Source: Candidatus Latescibacterota bacterium
Lineage (GTDB): Bacteria; Latescibacterota; UBA2968; UBA8231
Direction of reading: 5' to 3'
DNA: 64,000 nt
Assembly (NCBI GenBank): GCA_965223905.1
Contig: CBDCXV010000010.1
Coordinates: 1,344,001-1,408,000, forward strand
Shown here piece after piece: positions 19,141-28,193 of this stretch (its first letter is position 1; each line of letters begins with the position of its first letter). The notes beneath the pieces were generated by a model. That model had not been told where the DNA came from. It saw only the letters and a program-made list of their open reading frames with translations, and ran no database searches. The translations under genes and the position numbers were made by a program.

Positions 19141-19946
19141 GTGAAACTTGAAGACAAGGCAGGGGTCGTCACCGGCGCCGCCACAGGCCTCGGCCGCGCC
19201 ACCGCCATCGGCGCCGCCCGCGAGGGGGCGCGGCTCGTCCTGGCCGACATCGACGAGGCCGGCGGGGAAGCGACGGCCCGGCAGATCTGCGAAGAAGGGG
19301 GCACGGCCCACTTCGTGCACACCGATCTCGGCCGGTCCGCGGACGTCCGCCAGTTGATGGAGACCGCGGGCGAGCGTTTCGGCCGCCTCGACATCCTGAT
19401 AAACCCCGCGGCCATCCTCCTCGATCCGGCGACCCGCGTCGACCAGTACTCCGAGGAATCCTGGCGGCGCGTCATCGACGTCAACCTCACCGGCAGCTTC
19501 CTGCTGCTGAAGTACGCCGTTCCCCTGATGGAGAAGGCGGGGGGTGGGGTTGTGCTGTTCGTCATTTCCGGCGCGGGCGTGATAGGGGGCAGCTCCTCCC
19601 TTCCGTACGGATCGAGCAAGGGGGGGTCCGGGGGCTGGTCCTGGTCGCCCGCGAGCAGCTTCGCCCCCTCAACATTCGCATCCACGCCGTGGCCCCGGGG
19701 GAGATGGCGACGAACATGAAGGTCGGCGCCATCCGCGAGATGGCGGAAAAGGCGGGCCGCTCCGCCGACGAAGCGGAGCGGGAGTTGCTCCCGGTCCTGT
19801 CGCCGCCCGAGGACTCGGCCGTCAGGATCATCGATCTCGCTTCCGACGCGGGGGCGGCCGCCGGCGACGCCGTGACCATCTTCCGAGGCGACTGGGACAT
19901 CGAGACCCACTCTCTGAGAACCCCACCCGGCCGCAGGCTGGAGTAG
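19141..19946 (+). pseudogene. Short-chain dehydrogenase (SDR), frameshifted in a G run
   Basis: TGAATGLG, YGSSKGG; one more G in the run at 19620-19626 restores VRGLV..VAPGEMAT. Confidence 0.82.
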
Positions 19947-20068
19947 GGCCGCACCGGGGCGCTGCGGCCTCCATTGGAGGCATCGCCATGCGCGGCGGCC
20001 CGGCCTTGAACCTTGGTGAGTAGGGAGCGCCGGGGGCGATCCCGTCCCAAAGACCTGAACCAGTTTCC

Positions 20069-20836
20069 TCAGATACAGCCCGGAATCGACCGGCCCCGCA
20101 CCGGCATGGCGTCGTTCTCGCCTTCGGGACCCGTGTAGCGGCAATGGGCGCTCACGTAGTGCGTGGCGTAGCCGCGCCGGCGCCGGCCGCTGACGTTGGC
20201 CCGGCTCGAGTGGAGGACATGCCCGTGGTGGAAGCTGCAGTCCCCCGGTTTCAGCTCGACCGGGCGCTCCCGGGGCAACCCGCCTGCCAGGGACAGCGCT
20301 TCGATTTCGGCGCGCTCCCCGTCGTCGAGCACACCCCGGTTGTGGGTGCCCGGCACGAACCAGAGACATCCGTTGTCGACGGTGGAGTCGTCGAGGGCGG
20401 CCCAGCAGGCGACCAGCTCGGAAGCCGGCTCGATGTTGAACCCGAGCGGCTGGTCCTGGTGGTAGGGCTGCCTCGATCCGATCCGGGCCGGCTTCATGAA
20501 CAGCTGGTCCTGGTACAGCTTGACGTCGGGGCCGAGCAACCCCTCGATGCAGTCGAGAATCCCGGGGTTGCGCGCGTGCGCCTCGAAGACCTCGTCGACG
20601 AAGGCGAGGTGCATGAGCTTGCGCAGCGACCCGGCGCGGCTGTCCCCCTCTGCTTCCCCCGCCGCTACCGCCGGCTCGACCTGCATGTGCTGATCCCGGA
20701 TGTGGGACGCCTCGCCCCGCGCCACCCATTCGGCGCGTTCCCGCAGGACGCCTACCTCCTCCTCATCGAGCAGACCCTCGACGACGAGAACGCCATCCTC
20801 CCGGAACTGCTCTATCTGTGCCTGTGATAGTCCCAT
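20069..20836 (-). CDS. PhyH-family dioxygenase
   Basis: FMKP..YHQD..WAALDD..NGCL..HSS..RR. Confidence 0.92.
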   Translation of the reverse strand: MGLSQAQIEQFREDGVLVVEGLLDEEEVGVLRERAEWVARGEASHIRDQHMQVEPAVAAGEAEGDSRAGSLRKLMHLAFVDEVFEAHARNPGILDCIEGLLGPDVKLYQDQLFMKPARIGSRQPYHQDQPLGFNIEPASELVACWAALDDSTVDNGCLWFVPGTHNRGVLDDGERAEIEALSLAGGLPRERPVELKPGDCSFHHGHVLHSSRANVSGRRRRGYATHYVSAHCRYTGPEGENDAMPVRGRSIPGCI

Positions 20837-20977
20837 GGGGCGATTACCTGCAAATGCCTCTCTCTGGTCGAGGTGGACGGTTAGTGCTCAATGTGTCGGT
20901 TGCCTTTGTTGTTGCGAAGGACAGGAAAAAAAATAGGCTTACCAACCCAATCCTTGAAACCGAAAAGGAGCCTGGAA

Positions 20978-21961
20978 TTGAGACTGGCGATTTCCGGCAC
21001 GACCGACGAGGACTTCGAGCTCGCCCATCAGGTGGGGGCGACCGACGTGGTCGGCGGCGGCACCCTGCCAGCGGACAAGGGCTACTACACCCTGGAAGAC
21101 CTGACGCGTCTTCGCGAAAGGGCCGAGGAGGCGGGCCCGAAACTGTCGGTCATAAGCGGGCTGCCCGAGGAGCTGACCTTCAAGATCAAGCTGGGGCTGC
21201 CGGGACGGGACGAGCAGATCGACAACTGGTGCAGGACGATCCGCAACATGGGGGAGGCGGGCATTCCCAACCTGATCTACTTCTTCTCCCTGCGCAGCTG
21301 GTACGGCAACTACGGACTGCGGACCGACAGGGCCACGCCGGGCAAGGGGGGATCCGAGCTGACCGGCTTCGACTACGACGCCGTCAAACACGAGACCTGG
21401 GAGTACTGGTACCCTCCCGTCCCGGAGTCGGTGGCGGCCGGGGACGAACAGATCTGGGACAACGTGACCTGCTTCCTCGAGGCGGTAATCCCCGTCGCCG
21501 AAGAAGCGGGGGTGCGGATGGCGCTGCACCCGGACGACCCTCCCATCTCGCCCATCGCCGGGATCGCCCGGGTCTTCCGCAGCCACGCGGCGTTGCGGCG
21601 GTTCATCGAGATCGTGCCCAGCGACTGCAACGGCCTGACCTTCTGCACCGGGACGATCGGAGCCATGCCGGAGAACGTGCTCGACGCCATCCGCTACTTC
21701 GGCAGCCGCGGCAAGATCTTCCACATCCATTTCAGAAGCGTGACCGGGCCGGTCCCGAAGTTCTCGGAAACCTTCATCGGCGAGGGCAACCTCGACATGA
21801 TGGAAGCCATGAAGGCGTTCCACGAGGCCGGCGTCGACGCCCCGATCGTCGAAGACCACGTGCCCCGCCTGAAAGAAGACGGCACCCGCCAGTTCCGCAC
21901 CCGCTCCTACGCCATGGGCTACATACGGGCGCTCCTGGACGCGGTGAAGCGAGGACATTGA
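20978..21961 (+). CDS. Mannonate dehydratase (UxuA)-like protein
   Basis: MALHPDDPP, GLTFCTG, HIHFR, EDHVP, YAMGY; TTG start after AAGGAG. Confidence 0.85.
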   Translation: MRLAISGTTDEDFELAHQVGATDVVGGGTLPADKGYYTLEDLTRLRERAEEAGPKLSVISGLPEELTFKIKLGLPGRDEQIDNWCRTIRNMGEAGIPNLIYFFSLRSWYGNYGLRTDRATPGKGGSELTGFDYDAVKHETWEYWYPPVPESVAAGDEQIWDNVTCFLEAVIPVAEEAGVRMALHPDDPPISPIAGIARVFRSHAALRRFIEIVPSDCNGLTFCTGTIGAMPENVLDAIRYFGSRGKIFHIHFRSVTGPVPKFSETFIGEGNLDMMEAMKAFHEAGVDAPIVEDHVPRLKEDGTRQFRTRSYAMGYIRALLDAVKRGH

Positions 21962-22144
21962 GGCCACGTCCATCACTGCTCTGGGGCTTCTGCCTGCGTG
22001 GGTCAGAGGAGGCCTACATCATTAAATGATTTTCTACTGGATCTGGTATTTTCAAGGTACACATGGTACTTTGTTCCTCATGGTTGACTTGCGCCGAAAA
22101 CTGCAATAATCGAGGCCAGGAACCATGCAAGTCAATCGGGTGTC

Positions 22145-23590
22145 TTAGCTGATTGTTACGGTTTCGGTGGTTGTTTTTAGGTTTTCTCGGTACTGCTGAA
22201 AGACCCGGTCAAGCGTTCCATTGTACAAGGCGCAGCGCAGGGCCAGAATGGCGTTGCTGTTTTCCTTATACCACCAAGCGCCCGACCGTTTCAGACGAAC
22301 GTGGCCGATGAAGCGATGCGCCGATTCGATCGCCCCCGACCCGATCGGGTATCCGCCCTTGCGATGGCTGCCGAAATCGACCTGGTGCAGTCGCTTTTGC
22401 AGGTAGGTCAAGGCCGTGCCGATGGCCTCTCCGGCCTCTTCCGAGAGCGGCTGCATGCGCTGCAGACCCCAGACCACGCCGCTGCCCTCGCCGCAGAACA
22501 GGCGCGCCAGGGTCGCTTCCAGCCAATGGGCAGCACGCGCCGCATCGGCGCCGTATTGGGCCTCGGCCACCGCGTGCAGGTAGCTGCTGCAATGGTAGTA
22601 GTCGAGGATCTGACGGGCGCTCGGGAACAGCTCTTCCACCCACTTCCAGATCCACGGAGCGCCATCTCCGATGGCACACAAGCGCACCTGATCCTCCGGG
22701 ATCAGCCCCGCCTCCTTGACCTGGCGCAAGGCCGCGCCGAAGGCCTGTTCGTTGCCCATCTGGTGCCAGGAGATCAGCTGCTCGATGCGCTCATCGTCTA
22801 TCAGGTAGAAGCGAAAGCCCTTGGCTTCGTGGTATTCCCCCTGCCAACGCCTTCGCCGAGCCCGGCTCTTCTTGCGTCCGGGACGGGTGCCTTTGGCGGT
22901 CTGGGGACGACTGGGCACGTCGGCCGCGTCGATGGCCAACACCACGATCGGCCGCCACTTGCGACCGGCGGCGGCTTGCGCAATGCGATCCTGGATATCG
23001 GCCGCGTCCGGACACACCTGCAGCACGTCCAACGACCCGGTCTGTTGCAGCACCTCGTGAATCACACAATCGCTCATCGACGCGTCGGTGAGCTCGTCCA
23101 ACAGTTCGGCGGCGCGCCGGTGGGGCATCTCCAGCCCCAGCTTGACCCCGGCCTGCTGCACGTCCCACTGCTTGCGCTGCGCCGACAGGCCCAGGGCCTC
23201 GTCCAGCGGATAGAACCCGTGGTGACAGCCAACGCAGTAGAAATAGGGACGCTCCAAGGTCACCGGCCCGAGCAGCGTCTCCACCGTGCGCGAGCGAGAC
23301 GGGCGCGCTCGCAGCAGGCCTTTGCACTTGGGGCAGGCCGCCTCTTCCTGGGCCAGGAAATGGCCGTGGCGGCGTTCGACGAAGGCTTCCACCAAGGCCG
23401 CGGTGAGCCCGGAGCGCTCTTGAGACATCGCCGCGGTGATCTCCATCAACGTCGGCGCACAAGATCCGCGCTCGCTCATTTGCGTCTCCACCCGATCCAG
23501 CCATTGGTCCAAGGCTTCATGCGCCCGGCTTCGAAAGCGGTCCTGACTCTGCCGCTCCTGAAAAACTTCCAGAGAGAGAATCGCACTCAT
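22145..23590 (-). CDS. ISKra4/UPF0236-type DDE transposase
   Basis: CPKC, RPYFYC..C, GDGAPWIW, LDYYH, IGSGAIESA, RLKRSGAWW. Confidence 0.92.
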   Translation of the reverse strand: MSAILSLEVFQERQSQDRFRSRAHEALDQWLDRVETQMSERGSCAPTLMEITAAMSQERSGLTAALVEAFVERRHGHFLAQEEAACPKCKGLLRARPSRSRTVETLLGPVTLERPYFYCVGCHHGFYPLDEALGLSAQRKQWDVQQAGVKLGLEMPHRRAAELLDELTDASMSDCVIHEVLQQTGSLDVLQVCPDAADIQDRIAQAAAGRKWRPIVVLAIDAADVPSRPQTAKGTRPGRKKSRARRRRWQGEYHEAKGFRFYLIDDERIEQLISWHQMGNEQAFGAALRQVKEAGLIPEDQVRLCAIGDGAPWIWKWVEELFPSARQILDYYHCSSYLHAVAEAQYGADAARAAHWLEATLARLFCGEGSGVVWGLQRMQPLSEEAGEAIGTALTYLQKRLHQVDFGSHRKGGYPIGSGAIESAHRFIGHVRLKRSGAWWYKENSNAILALRCALYNGTLDRVFQQYRENLKTTTETVTIS

Positions 23591-23621
23591 CGCTCCCCTT
23601 CTTTCTGAAATCAGGGGAGCG
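23591..23621 (-). promoter_or_regulatory. 9-bp hairpin sequestering the transposase RBS
   Basis: mRNA CGCTCCCCT-13 nt-AGGGGAGCG-ATG. Confidence 0.65.
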
Positions 23622-23712
23622 CGCCGCAGGGGATGCGGAAAAAGAAAGCAACTTACTGTAAAATATACACATACGCACCTGAATTGCGCTATAACAATTA
23701 CTTAAGACGCCC

Positions 23713-24167
23713 CCTTCGAACCAGCGCATGAAATAGACGCGGTCCTCGTCGTCGGAAATGGCTTCCCCGGCGGCCTTCGCCTGCTCCCTGGTCCGACACG
23801 CTGCATCGACCTCTCCGCCGGCCGCGTGGGCCCTCGCCAGGGCGTCATATGCGAAGGCCAGGTCCCAGTCCGCCATCTCCTCGGGGTGGGCTTCCACCAG
23901 CTCCAGGTAGCGCCGGGCGTGGCGCAGGGCGGCCTCTCCCAGCCCCGTCGCCGCATAAACGCTCGCCACGGCGAACTCCCCCCGCCCATGATTGGCAACG
24001 GTGCCGACCTGCATCCAGTGATGACAGCTGGCATGAGCGGCGTGGATGAATGACTCGCCGGTCTCCGGTGTCACCCGTCCGGCCTCCAAGGCGTCCATGA
24101 TGTGATTGTTCAGCTCGATACCGAACCAGCGGTGAGCGCTGTCCAGATCGAAGGGTGGTTCAGCCAT
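23713..24167 (-). CDS. Helical hypothetical protein; C-terminus cut by the IS
   Basis: AHRWFG..HAAHASCHHW..WDLAFAYDALARA; reads into the IS end after FEG. Confidence 0.7.
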
Positions 24168-24170
24168 GGC

Positions 24171-24482
24171 TCATCGCTCCGGCCAATAGATTGCGAGTAT
24201 CTCCCGTGCCGCCTCCACCCGGATGCCCCGGGCGCGGAAGGCCCTGACCACTTCTTCGGCTCGTCCGCCATCCAACAGATCCATGCCCATCCTGGCGCCG
24301 ACGGAGCTGACGACCTCGCCGTAAGTGCTTTTCAGAATGCCGCAGTAGATCCGAAAGACCGTCTCCCTCTGGACCTCGGTGACAGCTTCGTCCTTCAGGG
24401 CCCGGTGGCAGTGGGCGAAAGGTATAGGAATAATCAGGCACCGATAACGGGTACCATGCAGTTCGCTGAAAAACGTACGCAA
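24171..24482 (-). CDS. Hypothetical protein (possibly a fragment)
   Basis: 103-aa ORF directly upstream of and co-oriented with the previous gene. Confidence 0.4.
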   Translation of the reverse strand: MRTFFSELHGTRYRCLIIPIPFAHCHRALKDEAVTEVQRETVFRIYCGILKSTYGEVVSSVGARMGMDLLDGGRAEEVVRAFRARGIRVEAAREILAIYWPER

Positions 24483-24580
24483 GGGTCCAACAGGGTCCCT
24501 GATGAATCGCTTGTCCTCGCACCGAATCGTTCGGGACTGCTCTCAATACCTTTGTAAAGGATTTCGGCGCCTTTCAGGGG

Positions 24581-24945
24581 TCAACCCGGTACTTGAGGGC
24601 GCACTCCTCCGTACGGCTCACCGGCGCCGGCAGTCCTACCCCCTCCAGACAGGTCCGGATCGAGGCGGGATCGGTCAGGGCGGCCACGATCCGCAGGCGA
24701 CCGCCACAGGCCGGGCAGCCGCTGAGGTCGGCGGCAAACACCCGCGCCAGCAGGGCCGCCCACCCCAGGCGATGGCCGCAGGGCGGAGCGCTCGAAACGC
24801 GGTCGCCACCGTCGATGCCTCAACCGGCTTGGCGGGCACGATGCGGTCCCGGGCACGGGGGGCCAGGACCCCGTGGTAGCGCAGTAGATGGAACCGGGGC
24901 GGTGGGACCAGAGCTGCCAGCTTCTCCGGCAGTTCCATCGGAGAG
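24581..24945 (-). mobile_element. IS91-like (Y2) transposase C-terminal remnant
   Basis: EKLAALVPPPRFHLLRYHGVLAP then, after a frame change, WAALLARVF..CPACGGRLRIVA. Confidence 0.75.
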
Positions 24946-25483
24946 AGAGCAGGAGATGGCTGGTCCCATCCGACCACGGCGTTGTGAGCGCGAAGCAAAG
25001 CCGCGCGGCACTGTGACCGCGACCGGCGTCGGCCGGGCCTGCCCAGGGACGTGGCCGCCCTCGTGCAGGAGCTCTCGGCGGAACGCACGGCCCTGACCCT
25101 GGTCAACCTGAGCCCCTTCGAGGAACGCCGGCTCACGGTGCGTGCCGGGGCCTTCGGCGAGCACCGCTTCGGCCGCGCCGCCTGGGACCGGGACGACACC
25201 CACCTATAGGTCCCGATGTGACCTGTTCCACCGATAACGACAACGCGCCTATGGGTCTTCCGTCCTTGTGCGATACAGCGTCCCGGTGCAGTATCGATCA
25301 TCGGCCATCGACGGTCGGCCACCGAATCCGGGTGTACGGCGGTCTTGGATCGTCGAGGAGGAGAGGTAAGACCGGCGCCCGGAGCGACCGTTTCCACCGG
25401 GCAGGCGTGGAGCCGGCGAGAGACGACCTGCCCCGGTCCTGTACGTCACACACTGAAACCTGCCAGCTGACAGAGGAGACGAC

Positions 25484-26383
25484 ATGACACCAGCCATTCC
25501 AACCGCGAAGCTGGGGCGCACCGGCCTGGAAGTCACCCGCCTCGGGTTCGGCACCGCACTGCGCAGCGGCCTCGACGACGATCGCTGGGACGCGTTGCTG
25601 AACTCGGTCCTGGACTCGGGGATCAATTTCGTGGATACCGCCAACGACTACGGCCTGCACTGGGCGAGCCCGGCGGAAGAGCAGATCGGCAGGCATCTCT
25701 CGGGACGCCGCTCCGAATTCTACCTGGCCACCAAGTGCGGATGCCCTCCCGGCGGCGGCGACCACGTCTGGACGCGGGAAAACGCTTTCAGGGGACTGCA
25801 CGAAAGCCTGGGACGGCTGCAGACGGATTACGTGGACCTGATGCAGTACCACAATCCCTCGGTGGAGGAGTGCGAGGCCGGCGATCTGGTGACGGTGCTG
25901 GAGGATATGCGCGAGCAGGGCAAGGTGCGCTGGATTGGCGTGTCGACGACCCTGCCGCACCTGCCGACCTTCCTCGAGTGGGGAGTGTTCGACGTGTTCC
26001 AGATCCCTTACTCGGCCCTGGAGCGGCAACACGAAGAGTGGATCACCAGGGCTGCGCAGGCGGGGACCGGCATCGTCATCCGCGGCGGGGTGGCCCAGGG
26101 TGAGCCGGATGCTGCCTCGGGAGACAAGCGAGCGGACAGGTGGAAGGTGTTCGAGACGGCCCATCTCGACGAGCTGGTTGAGGGGGAGAGCCGCACCACG
26201 TTCATGCTGCGCTACACCCTCACCCACCCTCACTCCAACACCAACATCGTGGGAACGACCCGCGTCGATCACCTCGAAGAGAACATCGCAGGTATCTCGA
26301 AGGGACCTCTCTCTCCCGAGACGTATGCCGAGGCCAAGCGCCGCCTGGACGCCGCCGGACAGAAGCCCGAGGCTGCGGGGTGA
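25484..26383 (+). CDS. Aldo/keto reductase
   Basis: LGRTGLEVTRLGFG, DTANDYG, LATKCG, SLGRLQTDYVDL. Confidence 0.95.
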   Translation: MTPAIPTAKLGRTGLEVTRLGFGTALRSGLDDDRWDALLNSVLDSGINFVDTANDYGLHWASPAEEQIGRHLSGRRSEFYLATKCGCPPGGGDHVWTRENAFRGLHESLGRLQTDYVDLMQYHNPSVEECEAGDLVTVLEDMREQGKVRWIGVSTTLPHLPTFLEWGVFDVFQIPYSALERQHEEWITRAAQAGTGIVIRGGVAQGEPDAASGDKRADRWKVFETAHLDELVEGESRTTFMLRYTLTHPHSNTNIVGTTRVDHLEENIAGISKGPLSPETYAEAKRRLDAAGQKPEAAG

Positions 26384-26484
26384 CGTCTGCCGGGGACAGG
26401 ACACGGCGCCTCGACACACCGCTTCACGGTACCTGCAGATCTACCTTCATCTCAGGTCAACCCGAACTACAAGGAGAAAGACCG

Positions 26485-28131
26485 ATGGGCGACAACAGGA
26501 TCACCGTCCTCAACCCGATGGGGCACCCGCCGAAGACGGAGCAGTTGGGCATGGCCCCCCGTCCCGATTCGCTCGAAGGCGGTACCGTCTACCTCGTCGA
26601 CTGCCGTTTCGACGACGGCGATATCCTCATGCGCCAAATGGGGGACTGGTTCACCGAGCACTGCCCGGGGATCAACGTGGAAGTGCGCCGCAAGTCGAAC
26701 GTCTACACCCAGCGCGACGACGCGCTCTACGAGGAGATCAGACAACAGGGAGATGCGGCCGTCATCGGCGTCGGCCACTGAAGCACGTGCGCGCCGGCGG
26801 TCGCCGACCAGTGCATCACTGTTGAAACCGAATACGGAGTGCCGACTGCCTCCGTCCAAACCGACATCTTCGAACCCCTGGCGCGGGCGCAGGCGCTGGC
26901 GCGGGGCATGCCGAAGCAGCGGTTCGTCTTCGTCCCCCAGCCGGTGATGGGCAAGTCGCCGGCGGAGCTGCGGGCTTACGTCGACGGCGCCGATCCCGTC
27001 ACCGGACGTCCGTTCATGACGGAAGTGATGGAGGCCCTGACCCGCCCGGTCAGCGCCGGGGAGACGGAGGTCGTCAGCTTCGATCGATCCACGCCGCGAC
27101 GGTGCGAGCCCGATTCGGAAGACCACCTCCACGAGCTCTTCCTGCGCGAAAACTGGACCGACAAGCTGCCGATCGTGCTGCCCACCGAGGCCCGTGTCGA
27201 GGCGATGCTCAGAGGCACGAGCCGGGATCCCGATCAAGTAGTCGGGCAGATGCGGCCCACGGGCCCGCGCGAGGCCTGGGAGTACACGGTAGAGAAGGTC
27301 GCCGTCAACGCCGTCATGGCCGGTGCACGGCCGGAATACTTTCCGGCCATTCTCGCGCTGGCGTCGACGCAGGTCACCGCGCGCCCGAGCACGACCAGCT
27401 CGGCGGCGGCCATGGCCGTCGTCAACGGGCCCATCCGCGAAGAGATCGGCATGAACCGGGGCGTCGGCGCCATGGGACCCTACAACCACGCAAACGCCAC
27501 CATCGGGCGCGCCTACGGCCTGCTGTCCCAGAACGGCCAGGGCGGTTCGCTGCCGCTGCACACCTACCTCGGGTCGCAGGGCAACGGCTACGCCTACAGC
27601 AGTATCTGCTACGCCGAGAACGAAGAGGGCAGTCCGTGGGATCCCTTCCACGTCCGCCAGGGCTTCGACAAGGGCGACAGCACCGCCAGTGTATTCTCGG
27701 GCTGTCGATCCACCGCCTTCACCCTCGGGCTGCGCAAAAAGCACTGGCAGACTCACGTCATCCAGATGCTGCGCGGCATGGACCCGCACGAAGCGCCCAC
27801 CTTCGTCCTCGACCCGATCACCGCCCGTCAGTTCGTCGACCGCGGCGGTTTCCACAGCGTCGACGAGCTCGTCGATTGGGTCCACGAGAACGGCACGATG
27901 CGAGCCGGCGTCTACTGGGATTACCAGCTGATCGAGAACTACGTCGAGCCGAGGGCGCTCGTCGGCCAGGAGCCCTACGCCACGATGCTGGAAGCAGAAG
28001 AGGAGGAGCTCATCCGCATCTGGCCGAAGAACAAGATCCAGGTCGTCGTCGTCGGAGGCGAAACGAACGGCTACTGGCGCATCTTCGGCGCCCACCACGC
28101 GGCCACCGTGTCCGTCGACGAATGGCGGTGA
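26485..28131 (+). CDS. UGSC-like selenoprotein (548 aa) with Sec at TGA 26779-26781
   Basis: Track ORFs 26380-26781 and 26839-28131 are in frame and separated by one TGA, giving GVGH-U-STC (UxxC). Confidence 0.82.
26782..26814 (+). promoter_or_regulatory. Putative bacterial SECIS element
   Basis: GCAC..CGGC-GGTC-GCCG..GTGC hairpin; loop G at +18 from the UGA. Confidence 0.55.
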
Positions 28132-28193
28132 CTCTCTCCGCCGCCGTCGCTCCCCCAATCTGCCCGAGGCGTTCCGTACCATGGGAGAATCCG

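Larger units (their letters stand above)
22138..23712 (-). mobile_element. ISKra4-like insertion sequence
   Basis: Imperfect IRs GGGTGTCTTAGCTGATTGTTA / GGGCGTCTTAAGTAATTGTTA; no TSD seen. Confidence 0.85.

Noticed and set aside
27102-28193. N-terminal extension of the 968-aa ORF
   Set aside because: Alternative frame over the selenoprotein gene; Arg-rich non-coding-like text before ATG 28194.
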